A DNA stretch of 64,000 bases from an uncultured Pseudomonadota bacterium (GCA_902771695.1 CACXXP010000001.1:144642-208641); one strand, 5' to 3'. Positions 27,288-37,737 are shown, numbered from the stretch's first letter. Numbers and translations are program-made. The notes: generated by a model not told the origin, from the letters alone.

Positions 27288-28591
27288 TCTTTGACAAATT
27301 CACCGCGTAATGATGCGCGATTTGCCGCAGTGATTTTTATGTCTGCCATTATTGCCGGCATATCGTTTTTAGGTTTGGCAACGATGCACTGTTGCATATA
27401 TGGGGTGCGATAGATTAAATGACGGCCTGTTTTATCGGGACCTTCACACAAACATGTTAATGTTTTACCAATACATGTTTCATTAAATTCGCGTTGAATT
27501 TCGTTAAGTTCAGAATCCAATATTGCAAGACGTTCGCGTTTTATGTTTTCAGCAATTTGATTTGGCATCAGTGCCGCCGCTGTATGTGGTCGCGGGGAAT
27601 ATTTGAAAGAATAAGAATTTATATATTTTACGCGACGGGCAATATCCATCGTTTGCGCAAAATCGTCATCTGTTTCACCAGGAAAACCAACGATGAAATC
27701 ACTGGATATTTGGATGTCTGGACGTGCCGCACGCAATTTTTCTATGATTTCAAGATATGAATCCAAACTGTATGGGCGGTTCATACGTTTTAATACGTCG
27801 GGCGATCCACTTTGGATGGGCATGTTCAGAAATGGCAATAATTTTGGTTCGTCCCGGAACATTTCTATCAGGTCATCTGTCATTTCTGTTGGATAACTGG
27901 AAGTAAAGCGTATACGGCGTATTTCTGGGATTTTTGCGGTTGCCCGAATTAAATCAGATAAACGGAAAATCTTGCCATTTGCATCAGTATATTTATATCC
28001 GTTTACATTTTGCCCAAGGAAACAAATTTCTACGGCGCCGGTTTCGGCCGCATGCATTGTATCACGCATGACATCATCATACGATCGTGAAAGTTCTGGA
28101 CCGCGTGTATACGGTACAATGCAATATGTACAGCAATGGTTGCATCCTTCTTGAATTGGAATATATGACACGGTTGGTGCATGTTCCAATTGTGGCATTT
28201 CATCAAATTTTTCAAGCCCAGTTAAATCAATATTTAACAGTTTGCTGTCCGGGTCTTGCAAAATTTGCGGCAAACGATGATAACTTTGTGGACCCAATAC
28301 AAAGTTCAAATCCGGCATTCTGCGAAATGCGTTACGACCGACTTCGCGGGCGACACAACCAACAATACCGAATATGGCATCTTGTTTTTTTATGTCACGT
28401 ATACGTCCAAGTTCTGAAAATACTTTATTGGTTGCTTTTTCCCGAACAGAACACGTGTTTAATATTATTATGTCCGCATCTGCAACATTTTTGGTTGCAA
28501 CCATGCCCTGTGCATTCAACATAGCGGCAATGCGCCAGCTGTCGTATACATTCATTTGGCAACCAAAAGTTTTAATAAAGTATTTTTTCAT
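27284..28591 (-). CDS. miaB: tRNA methylthiotransferase MiaB
   Basis: TFGCQMNVYDS, NTCSVRE, QEGCNHCCTYCIVPYTRG, GQNVN, SDFIVGFPGET, YSPRP. Confidence 0.96.
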   Translation of the reverse strand: MKKYFIKTFGCQMNVYDSWRIAAMLNAQGMVATKNVADADIIILNTCSVREKATNKVFSELGRIRDIKKQDAIFGIVGCVAREVGRNAFRRMPDLNFVLGPQSYHRLPQILQDPDSKLLNIDLTGLEKFDEMPQLEHAPTVSYIPIQEGCNHCCTYCIVPYTRGPELSRSYDDVMRDTMHAAETGAVEICFLGQNVNGYKYTDANGKIFRLSDLIRATAKIPEIRRIRFTSSYPTEMTDDLIEMFRDEPKLLPFLNMPIQSGSPDVLKRMNRPYSLDSYLEIIEKLRAARPDIQISSDFIVGFPGETDDDFAQTMDIARRVKYINSYSFKYSPRPHTAAALMPNQIAENIKRERLAILDSELNEIQREFNETCIGKTLTCLCEGPDKTGRHLIYRTPYMQQCIVAKPKNDMPAIMADIKITAANRASLRGEFVKD

Positions 28592-28770
28592 TTATCTGCG
28601 TTTCCCATAAGTTTTTCTTTGGTTCCTTGCCTGGGCTGAATGGATTTCGCCGATGACCTTGGTTGGGGCGTCATCTGATGGTGCAATCTATAAGTTGGTC
28701 CCAAAATTATGTCGTAAATAATTTCTATTCTTTGTGGGGTATCATCCATTTTTACATCCTTTATTTGCAT
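28588..28770 (-). CDS. Small hypothetical protein
   Basis: 60-aa ORF overlapping both neighbours in the gatB-miaB run. Confidence 0.45.
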   Translation of the reverse strand: MQIKDVKMDDTPQRIEIIYDIILGPTYRLHHQMTPQPRSSAKSIQPRQGTKEKLMGNADK

Positions 28771-29126
28771 GTTGTTCTGTTGAAAAATCTTTGCGAATAA
28801 GCCATTTTAGCACAATTATATTTTCCAAAAACATTGTTGTGTGTGAAAGTTTTTTCCTGTTTCTTCTTTTTCGCCTTGGGTTTTGAAATCACTATATCTG
28901 GCAATATGTCAGATATATGTTCCAAACGTCTAAAAATATATTCCTTTTGTTCTATTTCTTTGCGTAATGTTTCTTCTGGTTTTGGGGCGTCACTGGGCAT
29001 CACAACAATTGTTGCGCGTTTTATATCATCAGTTACCACGATGCCACGCATGTACATCAGTAATGCGAGTTTTTCACGCATTTTCTGGTCGGCATCTGGT
29101 GATATAAATGCAAGAATTTCAGGCAT
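28761..29126 (-). CDS. Hypothetical protein
   Basis: 121-aa ORF immediately downstream of gatB. Confidence 0.6.
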   Translation of the reverse strand: MPEILAFISPDADQKMREKLALLMYMRGIVVTDDIKRATIVVMPSDAPKPEETLRKEIEQKEYIFRRLEHISDILPDIVISKPKAKKKKQEKTFTHNNVFGKYNCAKMAYSQRFFNRTTCK

Positions 29127-29129
29127 ACA

Positions 29130-30650
29130 TTATCCTAATTTTTTCTTTAAGATTTCATTTACAACACCCGGATTGGCTTTACCCCCAGATGCCTTCATAA
29201 CATTACCCACAAAGAATCCAAGTAATCCGACCTTGCCAGATTTATATTGTTCAACCTGGGATGGATTGTTCGCGATAACTTCGTCAATTATTTTTTCAAT
29301 TGCACCGGTATCGGTGATTTGTTTCATGCCGAATTTGTCGGCGATTGCGCGTGGTGTGCCGGTTTCGCCATCCAGCATTTTGATAAAGATATCTTTGGCC
29401 TGTTTCCCGTTGATTTCAGATGCGGATACCATATCAACCAATTCAGCCAAATCGGTCGGTGTGATAATACGCATGCCATCAACGACACCAGATTTTTCGT
29501 TTGTAATATCGTAATTTTCCGGATGTGCAAACAGTTCAGAAATCATCCAGTTTGCAATTCCTTTGGCACGTTCGGTTTTGTCACCAACCGCCAAATCAAA
29601 CCAGTGTGATATATCAACTGTTTCGGTTAAACGTGCGGCATCGTATTCAGACAGACCAAATTTTTCAATATAACGTGCACGTGTTGCGGTTGGTAATTCC
29701 GGCATGGTTTTGCGTATACGTTCAATTTGTTCATCTGTGATAATCAACGGCAATAAATCTGGATCCGGGAAATAGCGATAATCCAAAGCGTCTTCTTTAC
29801 TGCGCATTACCGAAGATGTTCCGTCATCTTGGTGATACCGCAAAGTATCTTGGGAAACAGTTCCGCCATTTTCATATATTTCAATTTGTCGGCGTGCTTC
29901 GTTTTCAATGTGATTTTTTATAAATTTGAAAGAAATCATGTTTTTTGTTTCGGTGCGCGTTCTGAATGTTTTTTCACCAACTGGACGAACCGAAACATTT
30001 ACGTCTGCACGCATGGAACCTTCTTCCATGTTTGCCTTGGATACGCCAAGTGCGCGGGCAATTTCACGAATTTGGCGCAGATATCTTTCTGCTTCGTCTG
30101 GGCTTGTTATATATGAATTATTTTCTGGATTTTTAATATCTAATGCTGTCACGATTTCAAGCAACATAACACCAGACCGATTCAAGTCCACGAAAGATTT
30201 TGTTGGGTGCATATCGTGTTTGTTTTTCGCGGCGTCTTGTTCCAAATGTGCGCGTTCAATCAGAATTTTTTTCGGATTTCCATCGTCATCCATAATTTCA
30301 ATCCAACCATGATTCACCACGGCTGGTTCACTGGTGGCCTGGGTAATCTGATAACCTTGGGGCAGGTCAGGGTAAAAGTATTGTTTACGGGCAAAACGGC
30401 TTTTGTGTGCGATTTCTGCGTTTATGGCCAGACCGAATTTAATTGCCTGGTCAACACAATATTCATTAAGAACTGGTAACATGCCCGGCATAGCCGCATC
30501 AACAAACGATACCTGGGTATTTGGGGTGACCGTCGGATTATAGTCCGCGGATGCGCCACTAAAAATCTTGCTTTTAGACAGGACTTCTATATGTGTTTCC
30601 AAACCAACTACGACTTCCCAATCTCCTGTTTTGCCTTTTATTGTAAACAT
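29130..30650 (-). CDS. gatB: Asp/Glu-tRNA amidotransferase subunit B
   Basis: VVGLETH, RKQYFYPDLP, HLEQDA, VDLNRSG, MRSKEDALDYRYFPDPDL. Confidence 0.97.
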   Translation of the reverse strand: MFTIKGKTGDWEVVVGLETHIEVLSKSKIFSGASADYNPTVTPNTQVSFVDAAMPGMLPVLNEYCVDQAIKFGLAINAEIAHKSRFARKQYFYPDLPQGYQITQATSEPAVVNHGWIEIMDDDGNPKKILIERAHLEQDAAKNKHDMHPTKSFVDLNRSGVMLLEIVTALDIKNPENNSYITSPDEAERYLRQIREIARALGVSKANMEEGSMRADVNVSVRPVGEKTFRTRTETKNMISFKFIKNHIENEARRQIEIYENGGTVSQDTLRYHQDDGTSSVMRSKEDALDYRYFPDPDLLPLIITDEQIERIRKTMPELPTATRARYIEKFGLSEYDAARLTETVDISHWFDLAVGDKTERAKGIANWMISELFAHPENYDITNEKSGVVDGMRIITPTDLAELVDMVSASEINGKQAKDIFIKMLDGETGTPRAIADKFGMKQITDTGAIEKIIDEVIANNPSQVEQYKSGKVGLLGFFVGNVMKASGGKANPGVVNEILKKKLG

Positions 30651-30704
30651 TTTTCTTTTTCCTTGCTTTTTTGTTTTTTGTACTTTATTATACCTCTCAC
30701 GGAT

Positions 30705-30780
30705 GGCCAGATAGCTCAGTTGGTAGAGCAAGGGACTGAAAATCCCTGTGTCAGTGGTTCGATTCCACTTCTGGCCACCA
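30705..30780 (+). tRNA. tRNA-Phe (GAA)
   Basis: GGCCAGATAGCTCAGTTGGTAGAGCAAGGGACTGAAAATCCCTGTGTCAGTGGTTCGATTCCACTTCTGGCCACCA. Confidence 0.97.
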
Positions 30781-30784
30781 TTTT

Positions 30785-32251
30785 TTATTTCCCCATAATC
30801 TTTGTCGGTCGATTATCTATGCCTGCAAATTGTTCAATATGTTTGGCCAATTGCAATACACGCACATCATCAAACATCTTGCCAACAACCTGCATTCCCA
30901 ATGGCAAATTATTTGATGCCATGCCACATGGGACGCTTACCGCCGGCACGCCCGCCAGGTTCATTGCCACTGTGAACAAATCCAAAGCGTAATATTCCAA
31001 TGGTGTCATATCTGAATCCAAAGGCATCGCTGTTCCTGCACCAGCCGGACACACAATCAAATCACATTGTTCAAATGCGCAATTGAACGCGTCCGCAATT
31101 AGACGGCGAACACGTGCAGCCTGCATGAAATATACTTCGTATGATTCAGATGACAACACCGCCGTACCGATAATCATACGACGTTTGACTTCGTCACCGA
31201 AACCAGCGGCACGGGTCTTTTTGAATGTGTCATAAATATCGTTGCCCTCTACCCGCAGGCCGTAACGCACGCCATCATATCGTGCCAGGTTTGATGACGC
31301 TTCGGCTGGGGCGATTATATAATACGCCGCCAATGCATCCAAAATGTTTGGAATAGAAACCTCAACAATTTCTGCCCCGGCGGATTTCAAATCTGCCACG
31401 CGTTTTGTGAACAGGTTCTTCATATCATCAGAAATTTTTACATCATTAAATTCTTTGATAATCCCAACGCGCAATTTTTTACCATCACCCAAAACAGGTT
31501 GCAATGGTGTACCCAGGTTTAATTTAACATCGCTACTCGTTGAATCTTTTGGATCGTGTCCCGCCATCGCCGCCAGCAATAATGCGACATCGTCAACAGT
31601 ACGCGCAATTGGTCCCGGTGTATCCAGTGATGATGCAAACGCAACGCATCCCCAACGTGAACACAGACCATATGTTGGTTTCATGCCAACCAGTCCGGTA
31701 ATAGAGCAGGGGAAACGTATAGACCCACCTGTGTCGGTTCCAGTTGCACCCATCGCCATCCCGGATGCGACGGCGGATGTTGAACCACCAGATGAACCAC
31801 CGGCGGTAAGGTGTTTTTCCATTTGCCATGGATTTACCGGCGCACCAAAATATGATGTCTTGGAAAATGTTCCCATTGCGAATTCATCCAGGTTTGATTT
31901 CCCAAGTAACACTGTCCCGGCATCAATGAATTTCTGTGATACCGTTGATTCATATTCTGGAATAAAGTTTTCTAACATGTGCGATGCCGCGGTTGTGCGA
32001 ATGCCCCGGGTCGCGAATAAATCTTTCATCGCGATTGGAATACCGTCCAACGGCGACGCGGTACCATTTTTAATACGTTCGTCCGCGGCGACGGCATCCG
32101 CCATTGCGCGTTCGGCCGTAACCGTGATATACGCGTTTAATTCTGGATTGTATTTTTCAATGCGTTCCAGATGCGCACGCGTCAGTTCTGTCGCACTGAT
32201 TTCACGACTGTTTAATTTCTTTAATGCGTCGGTAATTGTTAAATCTATCAT
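30785..32251 (-). CDS. gatA: Asp/Glu-tRNA amidotransferase subunit A
   Basis: GKSNLDEFAMG, GGSSGGS, GTDTGGSIR, SSNLARYDGVRYG, GFGDEVKRR. Confidence 0.97.
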   Translation of the reverse strand: MIDLTITDALKKLNSREISATELTRAHLERIEKYNPELNAYITVTAERAMADAVAADERIKNGTASPLDGIPIAMKDLFATRGIRTTAASHMLENFIPEYESTVSQKFIDAGTVLLGKSNLDEFAMGTFSKTSYFGAPVNPWQMEKHLTAGGSSGGSTSAVASGMAMGATGTDTGGSIRFPCSITGLVGMKPTYGLCSRWGCVAFASSLDTPGPIARTVDDVALLLAAMAGHDPKDSTSSDVKLNLGTPLQPVLGDGKKLRVGIIKEFNDVKISDDMKNLFTKRVADLKSAGAEIVEVSIPNILDALAAYYIIAPAEASSNLARYDGVRYGLRVEGNDIYDTFKKTRAAGFGDEVKRRMIIGTAVLSSESYEVYFMQAARVRRLIADAFNCAFEQCDLIVCPAGAGTAMPLDSDMTPLEYYALDLFTVAMNLAGVPAVSVPCGMASNNLPLGMQVVGKMFDDVRVLQLAKHIEQFAGIDNRPTKIMGK

Positions 32252-32883
32252 TTCGATTTCTCTATGTTTAATGTTGTCTTATGAAATTTTTTCAGAAAGT
32301 TTTTGCATTGTTGTAATTTTCTGCATGCGCGCGGACTATATTTTGGGTCTGCATACCTTGATAAATCTTCAATCTTTTCGATCACAGAATCTGCCAGTTT
32401 TTTATTCATTAATGTTACATGATATTTTTTGTGTAATCCTTGGGCCAAATGTGAATCGTCCAACATAGCAATTATTTCTTCGCCATTATCACCATATCGT
32501 GTAAGTGCGATTCTTGCATTGCCCGGGTGTAATATTTTTCCACGGCGTGCAATGTGCATTATAATTAAAAACTGTGCCGCCCATTTCGCCTTTTGGGTGT
32601 CTTGTTCGTTGTGATATCTGTTATACAGTTCACGAGAATCGTCGTAAAAAAACTTTTCGTTTTCGGTCAACAATTGCGGGATAAAAACATCATGTTCATC
32701 GTCTGGTTCATATGCCTTTGCCAATGCATCTTCATAGCAAAGACCATACATTTCACCAAGTTGAGCCAATTGAGTGAAATAATCACCAAAAAATGGATTC
32801 TTTGATTTATATGCATCAAGTTTTTGTTGTCGTAATTTTTTCATTTTTTTTAATAACCCCGTTGGATGTATGTTGTTAGACAT
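32248..32883 (-). CDS. Hypothetical protein
   Basis: 211-aa ORF whose stop overlaps the gatA start. Confidence 0.65.
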   Translation of the reverse strand: MSNNIHPTGLLKKMKKLRQQKLDAYKSKNPFFGDYFTQLAQLGEMYGLCYEDALAKAYEPDDEHDVFIPQLLTENEKFFYDDSRELYNRYHNEQDTQKAKWAAQFLIIMHIARRGKILHPGNARIALTRYGDNGEEIIAMLDDSHLAQGLHKKYHVTLMNKKLADSVIEKIEDLSRYADPKYSPRACRKLQQCKNFLKKFHKTTLNIEKSK

Positions 32884-33149
32884 TTATTTTGTATGACGTT
32901 ATATAGTAATGTACCACGCCCAACATATACCCTGGGCAATACGTTTACAGATTTACCAATGTTATACGAAAACTTTCTCTTGTACGTGGCGATGACACCG
33001 ACATTTTTATTTGGGCTTTTATCGGTATGATAAATTTCCAATTGGTATGTCGCATCTTCGGCCGCGCAAAGATTCAACCCTCGATCCAGTGGATCAATAG
33101 ATACCTGTTCTGTAATTACATGAATGTTGTTTTGCTTTTTTTTTGCCAT
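32850..33149 (-). CDS. Hypothetical protein
   Basis: 99-aa ORF starting 3 nt after the gatC stop. Confidence 0.55.
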   Translation of the reverse strand: MAKKKQNNIHVITEQVSIDPLDRGLNLCAAEDATYQLEIYHTDKSPNKNVGVIATYKRKFSYNIGKSVNVLPRVYVGRGTLLYNVIQNKCLTTYIQRGY

Positions 33150-33152
33150 TGT

Positions 33153-33449
33153 TTAATCCCCGTCCATAACTTTTGGAACCGCGAAGTATCCACGTGACAC
33201 GCCCGCCTTGTCGGGAGCATTTGCCAAAATTGCATCACGAATACCGCCGTCGGTGACAACATCTGCACGCAGTGGCAAACTGTGCAATGCCGGGTTTAAC
33301 ATTGGTTCAACCCCAGTTGTGTCAATTTTTTGCAATTTATCCAACCATTCGATTACAGAATCTATGTTCATCTGTTCCAATTTTTCGTCGGGGATTTCAA
33401 TGTGAATTAAATCTGCAAATTTGTGTAATTGTTGCTTGCTAAATGCCAT
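33153..33449 (-). CDS. gatC: Asp/Glu-tRNA amidotransferase subunit C
   Basis: LQKIDTTGVEPM, LRADVVTDG, ILANAP, YFAVPKV. Confidence 0.93.
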   Translation of the reverse strand: MAFSKQQLHKFADLIHIEIPDEKLEQMNIDSVIEWLDKLQKIDTTGVEPMLNPALHSLPLRADVVTDGGIRDAILANAPDKAGVSRGYFAVPKVMDGD

Positions 33450-33486
33450 TTCTAATCCTATTATTTTGTGCAGAGGTGATTATACA

Positions 33487-33930
33487 ATGATTTTAGGCAA
33501 TTTCAAGGTTTTTAACACACCTGGTCGTATGTTGGGATTAGATTGGGGAATGCGGCGTACGGGTGTTGCCGTATCAGACGAAACACGCGGGTTCGTGTTT
33601 GCGCGCACGCCGATTGTGTCAAAAAAACAAGATGAATTGGTGGCCGACGTATTGAATATTGTAAATGCCGAAAAAATTGTTGGAATTGTTATTGGATTGC
33701 CACTGCGGATGGATGGAACGGAATCTGAAACGACGGTTATGGTTCGCACATTTGCCGAAAAATTATCGGGTCGGACCGATGTGCCGATAATGTTCATTGA
33801 TGAAACTTTATCATCCGCCACCGCCCAGGAACAGATGGGGCGTGTTCGCGTTGGTGATATCAAGGAAAAATTAGATTCCAACGCCGCCCGCGTAATACTT
33901 GAAAACGCGATTGCTATGATGAAACGGTGA
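33487..33930 (+). CDS. ruvX: YqgF/RuvX pre-16S rRNA nuclease
   Basis: LGLDWGMRRTGVAVSD, VIGLPLRMDG, IDETLSS, LDSNAA..ILE. Confidence 0.92.
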   Translation: MILGNFKVFNTPGRMLGLDWGMRRTGVAVSDETRGFVFARTPIVSKKQDELVADVLNIVNAEKIVGIVIGLPLRMDGTESETTVMVRTFAEKLSGRTDVPIMFIDETLSSATAQEQMGRVRVGDIKEKLDSNAARVILENAIAMMKR

Positions 33931-33931
33931 T

Positions 33932-34951
33932 TTAATCTTCGTTTTTATCTGGAATTTTGCCATCGGCCGATAACAGTATCGCAATCCAACGGGTTGAATC
34001 AAATTGTGCCGTGATGATAAATGTGGCGACCAGCAGGGGAACACTGAAAAACATCCCGGCAACACCCCATATCAATCCCCAGAATACCAGGTTTATTAAA
34101 ATTGCAAGTGTTGAAAGGTTTAATGTTTTTCCCGTCAGTTTCGGTTCAATAATATTTCCGAATACAATTTGCAGACCAATCAGACCCAATGCCAACAACA
34201 CAATTTCATTTAATGTTGCACCTGATATCGCCGCAAACAATATCGGCATCGCACATCCCAATATTGCACCGATTGTTGGAATATAACTTAAAATAAATAT
34301 TGCAAATGCCCATATTCCCGCAAATTCCAAATCCAAGATATACATCCATGCAAATGATATCAGACCGGTAATCCCGGAAATCAGGGTTTTCATAAACAGA
34401 TATTTTTTCATGTTTTCGTCAATACTGTGAATGATATATCGCGCTTTTTTGCCTTGGCCACGGTTTGGAAATAACACCGCAAATTTTCTGTGAAATGTAC
34501 TCTGTTCAATAAACATGAATAACATGTATACAAGAACCATTCCCATAGATGTTGCCAAACGTGCCACCGATGTACCGATGCTGGATGCGATGGATGTTAT
34601 ACTGGGGATTGCGATGGCGGTTACATCCAAACCAAATGTATTTGATATATAATTCCACAGGGAATTAAGACCGGCCTGGATATCGGGCATGACGGCCAAC
34701 AGTTCTGAAAACATTGGGCGAACACGTGTCGCAAATAAATATATTAATCCGATGAATGTTCCAAAGGCCAATATGTTTGATATGACCTTGAACAACAATT
34801 GGTGTTTATCAGTTGGAAACAATTTACGATAATATGTTGCGGTCGCATTTATCAAATACCAAAAAAATGTCGCAACCAACAGAGGAATAAAAATAGAACT
34901 GCCCAGCCAAAGTATGAAAATTGCCCCGGCAAACAAAAGAACACCGTTCAT
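33932..34951 (-). CDS. AI-2E family transporter
   Basis: Multi-TM; YIPTIG, GNIIEPKLTG, FWGLIWGVAGMFFSVP. Confidence 0.9.
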   Translation of the reverse strand: MNGVLLFAGAIFILWLGSSIFIPLLVATFFWYLINATATYYRKLFPTDKHQLLFKVISNILAFGTFIGLIYLFATRVRPMFSELLAVMPDIQAGLNSLWNYISNTFGLDVTAIAIPSITSIASSIGTSVARLATSMGMVLVYMLFMFIEQSTFHRKFAVLFPNRGQGKKARYIIHSIDENMKKYLFMKTLISGITGLISFAWMYILDLEFAGIWAFAIFILSYIPTIGAILGCAMPILFAAISGATLNEIVLLALGLIGLQIVFGNIIEPKLTGKTLNLSTLAILINLVFWGLIWGVAGMFFSVPLLVATFIITAQFDSTRWIAILLSADGKIPDKNED

Positions 34952-34987
34952 TTATACCACCTTTCCTTTTTACATATTATATATGTA

Positions 34988-35668
34988 CTATTCTATCATA
35001 ACTTTGCCATTTGACAAAGTGGTTATATGCGATGGCGCAACCGCAGATGTGAAATCTGGTTGATGACTGATAAATAGAAATGTCGTATCGCGCATGGAAT
35101 GCATTACATCTGCAATCTGGGCACGAACCGTTGCATCTGCCCCGGAATCAGGTTCATCCAATATGGCCAGTTTTGGTTTAGTCATTAATAATCGCAACAA
35201 CATTAAACGTTTCCTTTCACCACCAGAAAAACCAACGTTTACGCACCTGTTTAACCATTCGCGTGGAATATTTAATTGTTCACGTGCAACCTCCAGCATT
35301 TCCAGAAATTCGCCCATGGGTAAATCTGTGCCGTCTGTGAAATGACGATGTGCGGCAAGTGAATGTTTCAGAAAACTAATAATCGTTAATCCCGGAATTT
35401 CAGGCACATTTTGTGCACCCAAAAATATGCCCAACAGCGAACGTGTCGTTGCATTTTCATTTGTAATATCATGACTATCAAAAATTATTTGGCCGGAATT
35501 TATTGTATATTCTGGATTGCCGGCAATCGCCCCAACTAATGTGGATTTTCCTGATCCGTTGTGTCCAGCTAGCAAATGGCGCGCACCAGATTCAACGGTT
35601 AAGTTTATATCATTTAATAATTTCTTGTCGCCAAATGATACATTCAGATTTTTTATCTCTAAAATCAT
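34988..35668 (-). CDS. sufC: Fe-S cluster assembly ATPase SufC
   Basis: GHNGSGKST, EIPG, VNVGFSGGERKR, LDEPDSG. Confidence 0.9.
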   Translation of the reverse strand: MILEIKNLNVSFGDKKLLNDINLTVESGARHLLAGHNGSGKSTLVGAIAGNPEYTINSGQIIFDSHDITNENATTRSLLGIFLGAQNVPEIPGLTIISFLKHSLAAHRHFTDGTDLPMGEFLEMLEVAREQLNIPREWLNRCVNVGFSGGERKRLMLLRLLMTKPKLAILDEPDSGADATVRAQIADVMHSMRDTTFLFISHQPDFTSAVAPSHITTLSNGKVMIE

Positions 35669-37008
35669 TTTTTACCCCCATCGGTTGCAAGTGCCATTTG
35701 TATAAGTTGTTTTGATTCAACCAAAAATTCCATTGGTAATCGTGATAATATCGGTGTTGCCATTGAACCAATAATCAGTGCCGTTGCCGTATCTGTGTCA
35801 ATTCCCGCCATATTTAAATATAAAATTTGTGTTGCATCTATGGCACCGGTTTTGGCCTCGTGTGTTTGGATATTATCAGTGTTTTCATATTTAATGTCTG
35901 GCAGGGCATTTGTTATTGCATTGTCCCCGATAATTCGTGTGTCACATTTTGATGCGTTTTTGCCACCGGTTCCCATGAATTGAACCAAACTGCGAAATGT
36001 TTGACGCGACCAATCCAGTGCGACGCCGTACGATACAATATTGGATGTCGTATTGTTGCCAATGTGCAACATTTTTGTCCCGGTGTCCGCTTGTTGTCCA
36101 CGGCGTGTGATGGACAGCGAATAAAAATCACTGGCTGAACCATCGCCGTACAATATTGTTGATGGATATTTCCAGGTCATTGCAGAACCAACCTCAAATT
36201 GTGTCCAATCCAGCCGCGCATTTGCATAACATTTACCACGTTTTGTCACAAAATTCAGAATACCGCTGTGGTTATATTCGCCGGGATGCGCATCGCCCGG
36301 ATGCCAATTTTGCACGGTTGCGTATTTAACATGGGCGTTTGCGTTCACAATAATTTCAACAACACCGCTGTGTAATTGGTGATTGGGACGGCGGGGGGCA
36401 CTGCACCCCTCCATATAACTAAGTTTGGCACCAGTATCCGCAATAATCAGTGTGCGTTCAAATTGACCAATTTTTGCTGTTTCTATCCTGAAATAACTGG
36501 CCAAATCAATCGGGCATTCGGTGTTTGGTGGAATATATACAAATGTGCCATCGGAAAATACGGCCGAATTTAATGCTGCAAAGAAATTGTCGGTTGGTGG
36601 AACGACACTGCCCAGATATTTTTTGACCAGGTCAGGATATTGTTTAACGGCGGCGGAAAAAGGTAAAAATATAATACCGCGCGCCGCCAATTCCGCCGTA
36701 TAGGACGTGTGCACAGATTCACTGTCAATAACAGTGTCAGTTGCCATGCCAAGCAATGCACGTTGTTCACCTTCGGGTAACCCCATTTTTTCATAAGTTT
36801 CTTTCAAATCGTCATTATTTACCGGTGTCGGTGTGTTGTAATAATTTAATGACGAATAATCTATGGGGGCGTAATCTATTTCGCCCCAATGTGGTTCTGT
36901 CATTTTTTGCCATGCGCGTAATGCCGCAATACGCCAATCGGTTAACCATTCTGGTTCGTCACGTCGCACGGATATTTCACGAACAAGATTTTCGGTTGGC
37001 CCCGTCAT
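35665..37008 (-). CDS. sufB: Fe-S cluster assembly protein SufB
   Basis: NFFAALNSAVFSDGTF, GQFERTLI, YMEGCSAP, TWKYPS, QQADTGTKM, LPMEF. Confidence 0.94.
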   Translation of the reverse strand: MTGPTENLVREISVRRDEPEWLTDWRIAALRAWQKMTEPHWGEIDYAPIDYSSLNYYNTPTPVNNDDLKETYEKMGLPEGEQRALLGMATDTVIDSESVHTSYTAELAARGIIFLPFSAAVKQYPDLVKKYLGSVVPPTDNFFAALNSAVFSDGTFVYIPPNTECPIDLASYFRIETAKIGQFERTLIIADTGAKLSYMEGCSAPRRPNHQLHSGVVEIIVNANAHVKYATVQNWHPGDAHPGEYNHSGILNFVTKRGKCYANARLDWTQFEVGSAMTWKYPSTILYGDGSASDFYSLSITRRGQQADTGTKMLHIGNNTTSNIVSYGVALDWSRQTFRSLVQFMGTGGKNASKCDTRIIGDNAITNALPDIKYENTDNIQTHEAKTGAIDATQILYLNMAGIDTDTATALIIGSMATPILSRLPMEFLVESKQLIQMALATDGGKK

Positions 37009-37559
37009 TTATCACCTTCATCGGCGGTCGTTGCCAATTGGTATGCCTGGGTAAAGAAAGTTAACGACTGACCCAACAGGCCGTTTATAAATGTTGTTGT
37101 TAAAATGCCGTCTGGTTCGGTCGCATTAAGGTGATTTAATAAATTTTCGGCCCGGTTCATATAGTTTGATACATTGCGCTTTACCCCGGCATCCAATTTT
37201 ATTGCCCGACGCAACTGTTCCATAACAAATGGGTTTTTCGCATATTCGTCCAACAGCCCCCCCAATGTCCGCCATAACGGATGTTCAGATGTGTTCCGGG
37301 GCATAATGTCCAAAGCCGCAAGAATTGGAATCAGATTTTGCAATAAATCTTGGTATATCATTTCGGCATGTTCTGCGACGGCATTTGTTGCAGATTTGCT
37401 TTTCAGTATACTCTGTATTTTCATGATAAGGTTATATTGGTACGAAATATTTTTGTCCATAACCTTGATTTGTTTGTACATTAAAATACCAACCGACATC
37501 GTTACAATTACAAAAACAATCAATATCCCAAGTAAAATCAGTAAAAAAGTATCAGACAT
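37005..37559 (-). CDS. Hypothetical membrane-anchored helical protein
   Basis: N-terminal TM helix; AAGGA RBS; overlaps the sufB start. Confidence 0.65.
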   Translation of the reverse strand: MSDTFLLILLGILIVFVIVTMSVGILMYKQIKVMDKNISYQYNLIMKIQSILKSKSATNAVAEHAEMIYQDLLQNLIPILAALDIMPRNTSEHPLWRTLGGLLDEYAKNPFVMEQLRRAIKLDAGVKRNVSNYMNRAENLLNHLNATEPDGILTTTFINGLLGQSLTFFTQAYQLATTADEGDK

Positions 37560-37667
37560 TTTGTGTTTTCCTTTTGTTATTCGGTTAAAGTATAACATAC
37601 TTTTTCCGATTCGTTTCATAAAGTTGAAATAATTTATAAAAACAATTGCAAAATGCATTTTTAGGTC

Positions 37668-37696
37668 TTGCACAGATTCGGTCAAATTGTTATAAT
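37668..37696 (+). promoter_or_regulatory. sigma70-like promoter for the TcpQ-like/secretin pair
   Basis: TTGCAC, 17 nt, TATAAT. Confidence 0.65.
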
Positions 37697-37737
37697 AACC
37701 AATAGTAAGTGAAGAAAATATCAGGAAAGGAAGAACA

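Noticed and set aside
30651-30731. N-terminal extension of GatB in the ORF track
   Set aside because: It overlaps tRNA-Phe; the real start is ATG 30650 with an AAGGA RBS.
31344-32468. 374-aa plus-strand ORF, and similar antisense ORFs over gatB, secretin and dnaJ
   Set aside because: These are antisense shadows of well-supported genes, with no recognisable motifs.
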